Assembly (NCBI GenBank): GCA_012728655.1
Contig: JAAYEQ010000009.1
Span: forward strand, 431 to 64,430
Direction of reading: 5' to 3'
Length of the DNA stretch: 64,000 bases
DNA from: Syntrophomonadaceae bacterium
GTDB taxonomy: Bacteria; Bacillota; Syntrophomonadia; Syntrophomonadales; DTU052
Shown here: positions 17,932 through 26,859 of the stretch, piece by piece
Numbering within the stretch: the first letter of the stretch is position 1
Layout: each line of letters begins with the position of its first letter
Notes under the pieces: model-generated
What the model saw: only the letters and a program-made list of their open reading frames with translations
Databases searched by the model: none
What the model was told of the DNA's origin: nothing
Position numbers and translations under genes: made by a program

Positions 17932-18810
17932 CTATTTGATAAAATGGGACATCTCCAGTTGGTTTTCATCGGTCCCCATCTTGCCGTCCAGCAGGTTTTC
18001 CCGCCATTTCTTCATATAAGAATTGGCCCGGGGATGGGTAAAGATCAGAAATTGCCCTTCCTCCAATCCTTTAATAACCGCGTCCACGCACTGTTCCACC
18101 GGGATTCCGGAAGTAACAAACTTCTTGCTGATATAATTGGCCTTCTGCTGGGCCGGAGTCTGCTTGAAGGCGATCCCTTCTTCATCCAGGGCGTATCGTG
18201 GTGAACGGTTCTGCTCGATATCTCCAAAGTTGGTGGCGACAAAACCCGGGCAGAGTCCATGAAACCGGACTTTCGTACCCTGTTCCCGCATCTGCAATTC
18301 CAGGGACTCAAGTATCGATAAAGCGGCAAACTTGCTGGCCGCATAAGGCTGATTGATGGAAAATGAAAAGAATGCCGATACCGAGAGGGTGTTGATAACG
18401 TGGCATTCCCTGTCCTGGGCGATCATGCGGGGTACAAAAGCCCGGGCCGCGTAAACATGCGCCATGGTGTTAACGGCAAAGACCCACTCAAAATCCTTAA
18501 AATATGCCTCGGTTACGTAACCGCCGGCGGAAGCCCCGGCATTGTTGAAAAGGTAATCAACACCGCCATAAGTGGCAAAGGTGATGTCCGCAAAATTCTG
18601 GACATCCTCGAAGCTGCTGACATCGAAGCGGTTGGCGATGACCGTGACGCCTTTTGCTTTCAGTTCCGCCTCCACCTGCTTCAGCCCCGCCTCATTTATA
18701 TCCGCCAGGGACAGTTTGCACCCGTATTCGCCGAACCGCATAGCCAGTCCTCTCCCAATACCGCTGGCGGCTCCGGTGATAGCTACCACCTTTCCCGCAT
18801 AATCATGCAT
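17932..18810 (-). CDS. SDR family oxidoreductase (paralogue of 17064..17900)
   Basis: TGAASGIGRG, NNAG, YAASK. Shares the block FVPRMIAQDREC with the neighbouring SDR. Confidence 0.85.
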   Translation of the reverse strand: MHDYAGKVVAITGAASGIGRGLAMRFGEYGCKLSLADINEAGLKQVEAELKAKGVTVIANRFDVSSFEDVQNFADITFATYGGVDYLFNNAGASAGGYVTEAYFKDFEWVFAVNTMAHVYAARAFVPRMIAQDRECHVINTLSVSAFFSFSINQPYAASKFAALSILESLELQMREQGTKVRFHGLCPGFVATNFGDIEQNRSPRYALDEEGIAFKQTPAQQKANYISKKFVTSGIPVEQCVDAVIKGLEEGQFLIFTHPRANSYMKKWRENLLDGKMGTDENQLEMSHFIK

Positions 18811-18875
18811 AAACCCTGCTCCTTTCCCGTCGTCCGACTCTCCCTGTTTTCCAGGGATTTTAATGCTGCCGGTTT

Positions 18876-20027
18876 TTACGGCCGACCGTTCTTCCAGCCC
18901 GGTTTGATGCCATAGGTTTCCGCTACAAAGTCACGGTGCACGTCGGCCGGCATCTCGGCGATCTCCAACTGCAAGGAGGATACCCACATCATGCTGACCA
19001 GAGCCTGCGGGGTAAAGCCGATGCCACCGTGCAGTATTGCGGCATCGTGCAGGTTTTTGTTAATGGCTTCGGGAATCCAAACCTTCGACATACAGGCCAG
19101 CCGGTAACACTCCTCATACCGTTGCTCATCCCACAGGCGGATAGCGTTGTAGATCAGGTTGCGGCTGATCTCGTTGTTTATGGCCATATTGACCAGGCGG
19201 TGGGACACAGCCTGCAGGTCGACCAATGGGCGTTCGTAGCGGGTACGCTGCTTGCAGAAGGCCAGTGTCTTTTCAAATGCAGTATCGCCCAGGGTCAACG
19301 CGCTCAGGCAGACAGAAAGGAAACTGGGGCCAAACCAGTACATGCCGAACCCGTTGTCAACCACCCGGTTGGCTTTGGGAACTTTTACATTTTTAAGGTT
19401 AACTGTTCCCCAGTCGGCTTTTCCCGGAACGATCTTCTGTTCATTGAATCCGGTTTCCACACCGGGCATATCCTTTTCCACTATATACACCGTATCAAAG
19501 TAACTGCCCGAGGGTTTTCCAAATACAATCTTGATGTCGGCCGCATGAGCGTTGGTGACCAGAACCTTGGTACCGTTAATAACGAAATCATCGCCGTCTT
19601 CGGCAACCGTCATCCCCCACTCCGGATAGTTGTTCAAACCGGCAGGGTCGGTCACCGCTCCGCACCCGATGGCTTTACCTGAAGCCAGAGGCACCAAGTA
19701 TTTCTTTTTCTGTTCTTCGGTGCCCCAGTAGAGCAAGGGGAGTATTGCCAGGTCATGAGCGCCCATCACCATACTGGCAGGGTTTCCCATCTTACTCAGC
19801 ATTTCCAGGATAACGAAGTAGGTAGTAAAGTCGTAACCCTGGCCGCCGTAGGCCTCGGGCACATAGGCCCCGATATAGCCCTTTTCAGCCACGAGCTTCC
19901 AGCTCTCGTACGGAAATCCGCCCTGTTTGCGGTCCGCCGAAGCCGCCTGTCTGGTGCTGGGATCCAGACAGAATTCACGCACCGAATTGCGGATTAATTG
20001 TTGTTCCTCCGTCAGGAAATAGCTCAT
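18876..20027 (-). CDS. acyl-CoA dehydrogenase family protein
   Basis: MSYFLTEEQQLIRNSVREF, VPEAYGGQG, INGTKVLVTN, LHGGIGF...LEIAEMP. ATG 20027 is 8 nt from AAGGAG; the ATG at 20033 is only 2 nt from the SD. Confidence 0.9.
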   Translation of the reverse strand: MSYFLTEEQQLIRNSVREFCLDPSTRQAASADRKQGGFPYESWKLVAEKGYIGAYVPEAYGGQGYDFTTYFVILEMLSKMGNPASMVMGAHDLAILPLLYWGTEEQKKKYLVPLASGKAIGCGAVTDPAGLNNYPEWGMTVAEDGDDFVINGTKVLVTNAHAADIKIVFGKPSGSYFDTVYIVEKDMPGVETGFNEQKIVPGKADWGTVNLKNVKVPKANRVVDNGFGMYWFGPSFLSVCLSALTLGDTAFEKTLAFCKQRTRYERPLVDLQAVSHRLVNMAINNEISRNLIYNAIRLWDEQRYEECYRLACMSKVWIPEAINKNLHDAAILHGGIGFTPQALVSMMWVSSLQLEIAEMPADVHRDFVAETYGIKPGWKNGRP

Positions 20028-20080
20028 TGCCATTACTCCTTTCTTCTGGTATTAATTCGGCAGTTTATTTCTTCGCCGTT

Positions 20081-20096
20081 TGCAATACCATTGCCG
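20081..20096 (-). promoter_or_regulatory. sigma-54 (-24/-12) promoter of the ACAD-SDR-ETF-Fix operon
   Basis: The minus strand reads CGGCAATGGTATTGCA, i.e. GGCA-N7-TTGCA with the exact spacing of the TGGCAC-N5-TTGCW consensus. It lies about 50 nt upstream of the first ACAD start, and a sigma-54 activator is encoded divergently. Confidence 0.6.
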
Positions 20097-20562
20097 TAAA
20101 CACAGGATGACCACCGCGGCTTCCGCCTGCCGTGTACTAAGAGTCACAGTACCAGATACGAAGGTTGGTCGCAAGAATTCCCCTCCCCGAGTACTATGCA
20201 AAATTCATGCCAGTTGAGCGGAAGCCAATCACGTATATGGAGAGGGGTGATGTTTTTGAGTGCCGGCTCCCCCGGAACGCCATTTTCCCCTGCGCGAGGA
20301 TTATGAGGAGACCTTTTTAACCACTTAGGTGCACCTGATACAACAAACCTTATGCCATAACGGCGTTCCCAGGATGTCTAAAACTGTAGCGTTCTGCAAC
20401 AGTGTTCCCGGAGATAATACACGATCGACCCCGGTTCCGGCCAAAAGCCCTGCCCGGTTTGGCGGATTAATTTTTCAGTTGGGCGTGCTTGTTCTATAAT
20501 AATTGTACACTAATTTGGTTCTGATTCTCGGTTTACGCCAAAAAAGGAGGCTTGCATTTGAT

Positions 20563-22344
20563 ATGCCAACAACCGCAGAAATATTCAACCACTGCGAAAC
20601 GTCAGTGTTAAGAATAGATGTTGTTGCCCGCATTCCGGACCTCTACTTTATTACCCGCAGTGAGCTTAAACAAAAGATTGCTCAATACCAGGAGGTCATT
20701 AATCTGAGCCGTCCGCTTATGAGCTATTTCGCTCCTCACTTCGATAATCGGCACCTGCATTTGAACCTGATCGATCCCGACGGCTGCATTCTGCATTCGC
20801 TGGTTGAGGAGCATGTAGGGGCAGTTTGCCCCGGTTTTATTTACATCAACAACAATCCGGCCATTAAAGAGTCCTTATTAAACGGTACCATTGTTGATTT
20901 GTATTCGGTTGAAGCCAACGAGGGGCTGGTGAGCATGCCCATATTAACCGGGAAATCGGCGGTCTGTTTGACCGTAACCAACATGAAAGGACGTGTTTCC
21001 GGCGAATACCTGCGGATGGCATTGTTCATGTACCAGATGATCAATGCTCAACTGGGGATGATAACCGCCTTCAATCAGGCCGCGGACGCCCTACTGGATA
21101 TCAGCGATGACCCTACCCTGGTCGTTGATGAAAGCGGATTATTAACCGGCGCCAATACCAAACTCCTTGAGTTGTTGGGGATTGATTCCCGTGAGGCGCT
21201 GAGAGGGATACACGCAGGCGAAATCATCGATAATTATGAAAGTCTGTTTGCCGGCGCCGGGCCGCGCCCCGGGGACAGATTCAAGGTTCATATCCGGAGC
21301 CGATCAACAAGCGCAGAACTTATTTGTTGCCGGAACATGCAGATGCCGGCGGGCGGCAGGCATACCGTGCTCTCATTCCGGTGCCCCGCATTATCGGAGC
21401 CAATCCCCGCACCTTTGGGCCCGTCCCTCCAGGCGGATGCGTTTCAAGGCATAATCGGGATCAGCCCCCAAATGCGGTTGAACATTGCCATCGCCCAGAG
21501 GGTTGCCAGGCTGCCTTCCACCGTGCTGATTGAAGGTGAAAGCGGAACCGGCAAGGAATTGATCGCCCGGGGCATACATCGAGCCAGCGGCCGCAAAGGC
21601 TCATTTGTGGCCATTAACTGCGGTTCTATCTCCAGGGAACTGCTGTACAGCGAACTCTTCGGCTATGCTGAGGGGGCTTTTACCGGAGCCAGAAAAGGCG
21701 GGATGACCGGCAAACTGAAACAGGCTGACGGCGGTACGGTATTCCTGGACGAAATCGGGGAGATGTCGGAAGAGATGCAGGTGAGCCTCTTGCGGTTTAT
21801 GCAGGACAAAGTTGTAATCCCCTTGGGTGACGGCAAGCCACAGAAGGTTGATGTGAGGATCATCGCCGCCACCAACCGCAATCTGGCGCAGGAAGTAGAA
21901 AGGGGCAATTTCAGGGAGGACCTCTTCTACCGGTTGAACGTGGTCAATATTAAGATGCCTCCGCTGCGAGAGCGTAAGGAAGACATACCCCTTTTGGCCC
22001 GGTATATCCTCCAGGAGATTTCCACCGAGTACCGGATTCCGGCCAAGGAATTAACCCGGGATGGCCTGAAAAAGCTCAGCAGCTACGACTGGCCCGGCAA
22101 TGTGCGGGAGCTGCGAAATGTCATCGAAAGAGCAATGGTCGTTTCCTCCGGGGAGCAAATAACCGCCGATGATCTGCTGATTGAGACCGGGACGCGCCCG
22201 GTCCGGCTGACGGAGCTCGAGAAATCAACCATTGTCGAACTGCTGCAACGGCATGGCGGAAACATAACCGCCACCGCCAAAAGCCTGGGTATAGCCCGTT
22301 CTACTCTTTACAGGAAAATGAAGAAATACGGTATTCCCGGTTAG
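20563..22344 (+). CDS. sigma-54-dependent Fis-family transcriptional activator (AcoR/PrpR-like, N-terminal sensory domains)
   Basis: AAA+ sigma-54 interaction domain with GESGTGKE, GAFTGA and LDEIGEM. C-terminal Fis-type HTH AKSLGIARSTLYRKMKKYGI. ATG 20563 lies downstream of AGGAGG. Confidence 0.9.
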   Translation: MPTTAEIFNHCETSVLRIDVVARIPDLYFITRSELKQKIAQYQEVINLSRPLMSYFAPHFDNRHLHLNLIDPDGCILHSLVEEHVGAVCPGFIYINNNPAIKESLLNGTIVDLYSVEANEGLVSMPILTGKSAVCLTVTNMKGRVSGEYLRMALFMYQMINAQLGMITAFNQAADALLDISDDPTLVVDESGLLTGANTKLLELLGIDSREALRGIHAGEIIDNYESLFAGAGPRPGDRFKVHIRSRSTSAELICCRNMQMPAGGRHTVLSFRCPALSEPIPAPLGPSLQADAFQGIIGISPQMRLNIAIAQRVARLPSTVLIEGESGTGKELIARGIHRASGRKGSFVAINCGSISRELLYSELFGYAEGAFTGARKGGMTGKLKQADGGTVFLDEIGEMSEEMQVSLLRFMQDKVVIPLGDGKPQKVDVRIIAATNRNLAQEVERGNFREDLFYRLNVVNIKMPPLRERKEDIPLLARYILQEISTEYRIPAKELTRDGLKKLSSYDWPGNVRELRNVIERAMVVSSGEQITADDLLIETGTRPVRLTELEKSTIVELLQRHGGNITATAKSLGIARSTLYRKMKKYGIPG

Positions 22345-23047
22345 GTTCAGGTTAAGACTTATCATGCGATTCAAAAGCTCCATCAAGTGCTCCCATTCCG
22401 CATAAGCAGCCCACAGGTCCTGACTTACCAGGGTGGATTCCCTGATCCAGTCACGGACAAGTTCCTCGTCGGCCCAGGTCTCCGGATTGGACGGCAACTC
22501 CTCCAATTCCGCCTTCCTGTGCTCCAGCCATCCAATCAGTTCTTCAACCTCCTGGAGCTGTAAGGCCGGATGTCTTCCTTCGCTTTTGGGCTTCCCTTTC
22601 TTGTTGTTTGGCCTTTATTCGCGGATCATCGGGCTTTTTCTCCTTCACCGCTTCTTCCGCCCTCCGTACAAGGATAGTTCCCCGTTCATCGGCTGTTCCA
22701 ACACCAGGGCAATACCGATTGTGGTCCTCGGTTACGGGTTTGTATTGCATCACGGCAAAAGACATGAAGGCAGACTCAAACAGTTACGGATGCAAGGAGC
22801 AGGTCCGGTAGTGACGAAGAACTGAATATAACTTTGAACGCAATTAATGAAGGATTTGGAGGCAAGATGTGCCGAAGACCTGAACTTAATTTGAACGGTT
22901 TGAAAACTGGAAGGTTTTTCTTTGGAATGAAGCCCTTCGTAGGTATCTGCTCCCTTCCGCACTTTATTATAGGTTGTTCATGGGCTGAAAGAATTAGTAT
23001 GATATGTAAGGTACGACCAAGAACCACATTTTCTCAGGAGCTACCAG

Positions 23048-24292
23048 ATGCACCAGCGAACTTGTCGATTGTTATGCATCCTGCTTATACTTGGCAATGT
23101 TTTCATATCCATTGCGTCGGCGGCCGCTGCGCCCGCGGAGAAACCAACCCCGCCTGCAACTCAGGGGAAAGCGGTTATATTGATGGATGCACACTCGGGT
23201 CGGGTTTTGTATGAAAACAATGCCCACCAGCGGATGTCACCGGCCAGTATCACCAAGATCATGACCGCGCTGCTGGTAGTAGAAAACGGCAACCTGAACC
23301 GGGTGGTTGAAATAAGCAAGAATGCGGCTTCCACCCCGGAGAGCTCCGTCTGGCTGGAAGAGGGTGAAAAAATTGCGGTAAATCATCTTCTCTATGCCTT
23401 GATGCTCAACTCCGCCAACGATGCGGCGGTGGCTCTGGTGGAGGGTGTGGCCGGCAGTGTGGAGGCCTTTGTGGAATTGATGAACCGCCGCGCCCGGGAG
23501 TTGGGCATGAACAATACCCACTTCTGCAACCCGCACGGGCTGGAAGAGACTGGACACTATACCACTGCTTATGACCTGGCACTGCTCAGCAGGGAAGCTA
23601 TGACCTACGAGGTCTTCTCCCGCATAGTGGCTACCAAAACCTATAAAATCCCATGGGCGAATAATGATTACCAGCGTCTGCTGATCAATAAAAACCGCCT
23701 CCTGTGGCGGTATGACGGGGCCGTAGGAATTAAAACCGGATATACCAAACAGGCTGGTAACTGCGTGGTCGGTGCGGCGCAAAAAGGGCCCTTAATGCTG
23801 ATTGCCATTTCTCTGAATTCACCCAATGTTTATCCCGACCTGCAGGCCCTGTTCGACTACGGCTTTACCAATTACCACCTGCTTACCTTAAAAGAAGCGA
23901 ATCAGTTGTCGGTCGAGGTACCGGTCTTAAACGGTCAGGAGGAAACGGTTGCCGCCTTCCCCAAAACCGACTTAAAGGTGGCGGTTACCGACGCTGAGAA
24001 AGCGCAGACCTCTTATACGGTGGAGATCGACGACAAGATAACCGCTCCGGTCAGGGAAGGACAGGTTGTGGGCATCTGCAGGATCCATGTGGGTGAGGAA
24101 GAAGCAGGCACGGTCGAACTGGTTGCAGGCACTTCGGTAGCGGAAAAACCGCCCCTGTGGGAACGGTTTTTGTCTTTTGCTCTTAAAGCAGCCGTTTTTC
24201 TTTTAGTTGCATTCGTAGTACTTTTCTGCATCCTCTATCTCATAAGAATCATAAACCTCAGACGTCGGAAAAGACGGATGCGTCGGAAATGA
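23048..24292 (+). CDS. D-alanyl-D-alanine carboxypeptidase (S11 family, DacB/DacF-like) with C-terminal membrane anchor
   Basis: SxxK (SPASITKIM), SxN (LNSAND) and KTG (IKTGYT) motifs. Signal peptide present. SD AGGAG. Confidence 0.9.
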   Translation: MHQRTCRLLCILLILGNVFISIASAAAAPAEKPTPPATQGKAVILMDAHSGRVLYENNAHQRMSPASITKIMTALLVVENGNLNRVVEISKNAASTPESSVWLEEGEKIAVNHLLYALMLNSANDAAVALVEGVAGSVEAFVELMNRRARELGMNNTHFCNPHGLEETGHYTTAYDLALLSREAMTYEVFSRIVATKTYKIPWANNDYQRLLINKNRLLWRYDGAVGIKTGYTKQAGNCVVGAAQKGPLMLIAISLNSPNVYPDLQALFDYGFTNYHLLTLKEANQLSVEVPVLNGQEETVAAFPKTDLKVAVTDAEKAQTSYTVEIDDKITAPVREGQVVGICRIHVGEEEAGTVELVAGTSVAEKPPLWERFLSFALKAAVFLLVAFVVLFCILYLIRIINLRRRKRRMRRK

Positions 24293-24426
24293 TACCATTA
24301 CCTGCCGCCCCCAACCTTTGATTTTTCGGCAGAGAAGCCAGTGCCTGGCAATTGGACTATGGCGGTGTCAGACATGTTTCATGCATCGATGCGGGAATAA
24401 CCCCGGCGTGCCCTCTCCCGGGTTGA

Positions 24427-25152
24427 CTAACACCGGTTTTTGTAGGCGGCAATTTCCCTTCTCAGCCAATCGCACCACTCATCAATGCCTTCCCCGGTAC
24501 GACACGAGACGGTAAAAATGCTAATCTTACGGTTCAGCATCTGCACTCTTTCCTTGAGGAGATCGAGGTTAAAATCGGAAAGCCCCAGGTAATCGATCTT
24601 GTTGATTACCAAGGCGTCACAGACCGAGAACATGAGGGGATACTTAAGAACTTTGTCATCGCCTTCAGGCACACTCAATATCATGGCCTTCCTCGCAGCC
24701 CCGGTGTCAAACTCGGCCGGACATACCAGGTTTCCTACGTTTTCGATGATGAGGAAGTCAAACGCTCCGAGGTCCATGGCAGCCAGAGCCGATTCGATCA
24801 TGGGCGCATCGAGATGGCAGGCACCGCCGGTGCGGAGTTGTACCGCCGGTATTCCCTCCCTTGCGATCTTCTCCGAATCAACCAGGGAGTCAATATCGCC
24901 CTCTATAACCCCGATCCGGAATTCGTCCTTCAGGCGCCTTATAGTCTCGACAATCAGGCTCGTTTTCCCGGAACCGGGAGAAGACATGAGGTTGAGCATA
25001 AACACCCCGTTTTGCCGGAGTTTTTTTCTGATTTCATCGGCCAGGTTCTGATTGTCGGACAGGATCTCTTCCCTGATGTCGATTAAACGAATCTCCTTCA
25101 CCGAATCACCTTCACATCCGCTGGCTAATTTATAAGGATCAATCTTAACCAT
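24427..25152 (-). CDS. hypB: hydrogenase nickel incorporation GTPase HypB
   Basis: P-loop SSPGSGKTS, ENVGNLVCPAEFD and INKIDY motifs. Confidence 0.9.
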   Translation of the reverse strand: MVKIDPYKLASGCEGDSVKEIRLIDIREEILSDNQNLADEIRKKLRQNGVFMLNLMSSPGSGKTSLIVETIRRLKDEFRIGVIEGDIDSLVDSEKIAREGIPAVQLRTGGACHLDAPMIESALAAMDLGAFDFLIIENVGNLVCPAEFDTGAARKAMILSVPEGDDKVLKYPLMFSVCDALVINKIDYLGLSDFNLDLLKERVQMLNRKISIFTVSCRTGEGIDEWCDWLRREIAAYKNRC

Positions 25153-25503
25153 CTATATGACCTTCAGTTCCTGCACCAGGAATTCGCGTCCTGAAACCAT
25201 TTCCACCTTGTTGGTCCCGCATTCCGGGCAGGAAAAGCCGTTTCCGGCTTTAATGTTGACTACATATTCTTCTCCGCAATCCTCACAGCGGAATACTGCC
25301 GGGGTACGTCTTATCGTGATTTCCGCCCCCTCGGCTATGGTACCGCGGCTGAGGTAATCGAAGTAACGCCGCAGCCACTCGTCAACAATATCGCTCATCT
25401 CGCCTATCTGCAGGGTTATACCCACCACTTTTCGGGCTTGATTCCGTTCCGCATGGCGCAGAACCACCTTCAGCATCCCTTCGGTAACCGCCAGTTCATG
25501 CAT
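25153..25503 (-). CDS. hypA: hydrogenase nickel insertion protein HypA
   Basis: MHELAVTEGM N-terminus (MHE nickel site) and a zinc site CEDCG...CPECG. Directly abuts hypB. Confidence 0.9.
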   Translation of the reverse strand: MHELAVTEGMLKVVLRHAERNQARKVVGITLQIGEMSDIVDEWLRRYFDYLSRGTIAEGAEITIRRTPAVFRCEDCGEEYVVNIKAGNGFSCPECGTNKVEMVSGREFLVQELKVI

Positions 25504-25615
25504 GGTTGCTCTCGCTCTTTCACCTCATGGTATCCTTGTACCCTGGATCTTCTCTCCGGATGCTGACCGTCGGGCAGGCTGATGCCCAAGTTCAAAGAGC
25601 CGTTGCTCCAGCTGC

Positions 25616-26698
25616 TTATTCCTGATTCAAACGAATGAACGCCTCCAGCTTGCCCTTTTCTTTCAACACCCGGTTGAAAAGCTCCCTGCCCGTCGCCACA
25701 ACCTCCGGAATGTCGGCGCGTCTCTCCAGGATCAGCGACTCCGTCGGGCAGGTAAAGGCACACAGGCCGCAGCCGATGCAGCGTTCTTCATATAACTGCA
25801 CCTTGTCCTCATTCTCCTCCAACGCTGCCATCGGACAGCGCTCTACGCACAGGTGGCAGCCTATGCACTCATCCGGGGTGTAGCTGATCACATAGCCGGA
25901 GGTGGATATGGAATTGGGGTTGTTAAGCTCGGTGATCCCCCGCAGCAGGGTACAGCAGCAGCCGCAGCAGTTGCAGATTACGGTCAGCTTGTCACTGGAG
26001 TTGTTGATGGTATGCACCAACCCCTCCTCGGCCGCATATCTCAGGATTTTCAAGGCTTCTTCCTTGTCAATAAATCGGGCCCGGTCCCGTTCCACCAGGA
26101 AGCGGGCCATATCGTCGAAGGAGAAACAAACCTCAAGCGGTTTGTCACAGGCACCTCTGCTGACCCGGCAGGCGCAGTTGGTGAGAGAAATATACTCCGC
26201 CCGTGAGATCATATCGGAGACAATTTCATAAGGCACGACCTCGGAAGTCATGGTGATGGTCTCCTCCACCGGAACCACACGCATCATCGGAGTGGGAGAA
26301 CCGGCAAAAGAGTTGCCCAAACCCTCTCGATGGTACTCCTCCCAGAGTTCACCCAGTTCCTTGATGTGAGGGGTGTGTTCCGGACGCATAAATGGAAACT
26401 CGAACAGCCCGGGGATAGTCGGCAGCAGGCAGTACCGGTTCTCGGAGCCCGGTTTTTTCTTGGCAAAAATCACCCCGCGGTCCGCCATTCCCTCCAGCAT
26501 GGCCGCAAGGGTGTCGACATCAATGCCGGTCTTCTGACTGATCTTGCTCACCGGTTGCAGGGTAAAATTCAGATTCACGGCTACCTCCGCTTCTTCCGGT
26601 GAAAAAAGAATCCGCAGAATTTTATCAAATGACTCCGCTGCCGGCGCACCTGCCGGATGGGTGTCCAGCCTCTCCTGCAATTTTTTATAAACGTCCAA
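25616..26698 (-). CDS. 4Fe-4S dicluster domain-containing protein with N-terminal winged-helix-like region
   Basis: CIGCHLCVERCP and CIGCGLCAFTCP ferredoxin motifs plus a Cys-rich CNCCGCCC. Probable TTG start at 26698, 9 nt after AAGGAGG; the ORF-track start at 26776 has no SD. Confidence 0.7.
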   Translation of the reverse strand: MDVYKKLQERLDTHPAGAPAAESFDKILRILFSPEEAEVAVNLNFTLQPVSKISQKTGIDVDTLAAMLEGMADRGVIFAKKKPGSENRYCLLPTIPGLFEFPFMRPEHTPHIKELGELWEEYHREGLGNSFAGSPTPMMRVVPVEETITMTSEVVPYEIVSDMISRAEYISLTNCACRVSRGACDKPLEVCFSFDDMARFLVERDRARFIDKEEALKILRYAAEEGLVHTINNSSDKLTVICNCCGCCCTLLRGITELNNPNSISTSGYVISYTPDECIGCHLCVERCPMAALEENEDKVQLYEERCIGCGLCAFTCPTESLILERRADIPEVVATGRELFNRVLKEKGKLEAFIRLNQE

Positions 26699-26859
26699 GA
26701 CGCTAAACCTCCTTTGGGAGCACTTCCATTGCAAATATTCTATAGCAAATATTCTGTTTCTAAAATACTTTTCCATTTATTTTTACTCGGTTTTATCCGG
26801 CAGGTCGTAGCCGTTATTGATTATGTAAGACAGGTTAAGGTTTTAAAATGCGCCCGATT

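Noticed and set aside
20134-20159. FapR-operator-like sequence AGTACCAGATAC in the sigma-54 promoter region
   Set aside because: It resembles half of the B. subtilis FapR box (TTAGTACCTGATACTAA) but is not palindromic here. It is not near the fab genes, and no fapR is seen. It was treated as coincidence.
22225-22506. 93-aa minus-strand ORF as a real gene
   Set aside because: It would overlap the convergent sigma-54 activator by 120 nt. It starts at a TTG without an SD and continues a frame broken from the upstream 73-aa ORF. It is reported only as a possible remnant in findings.
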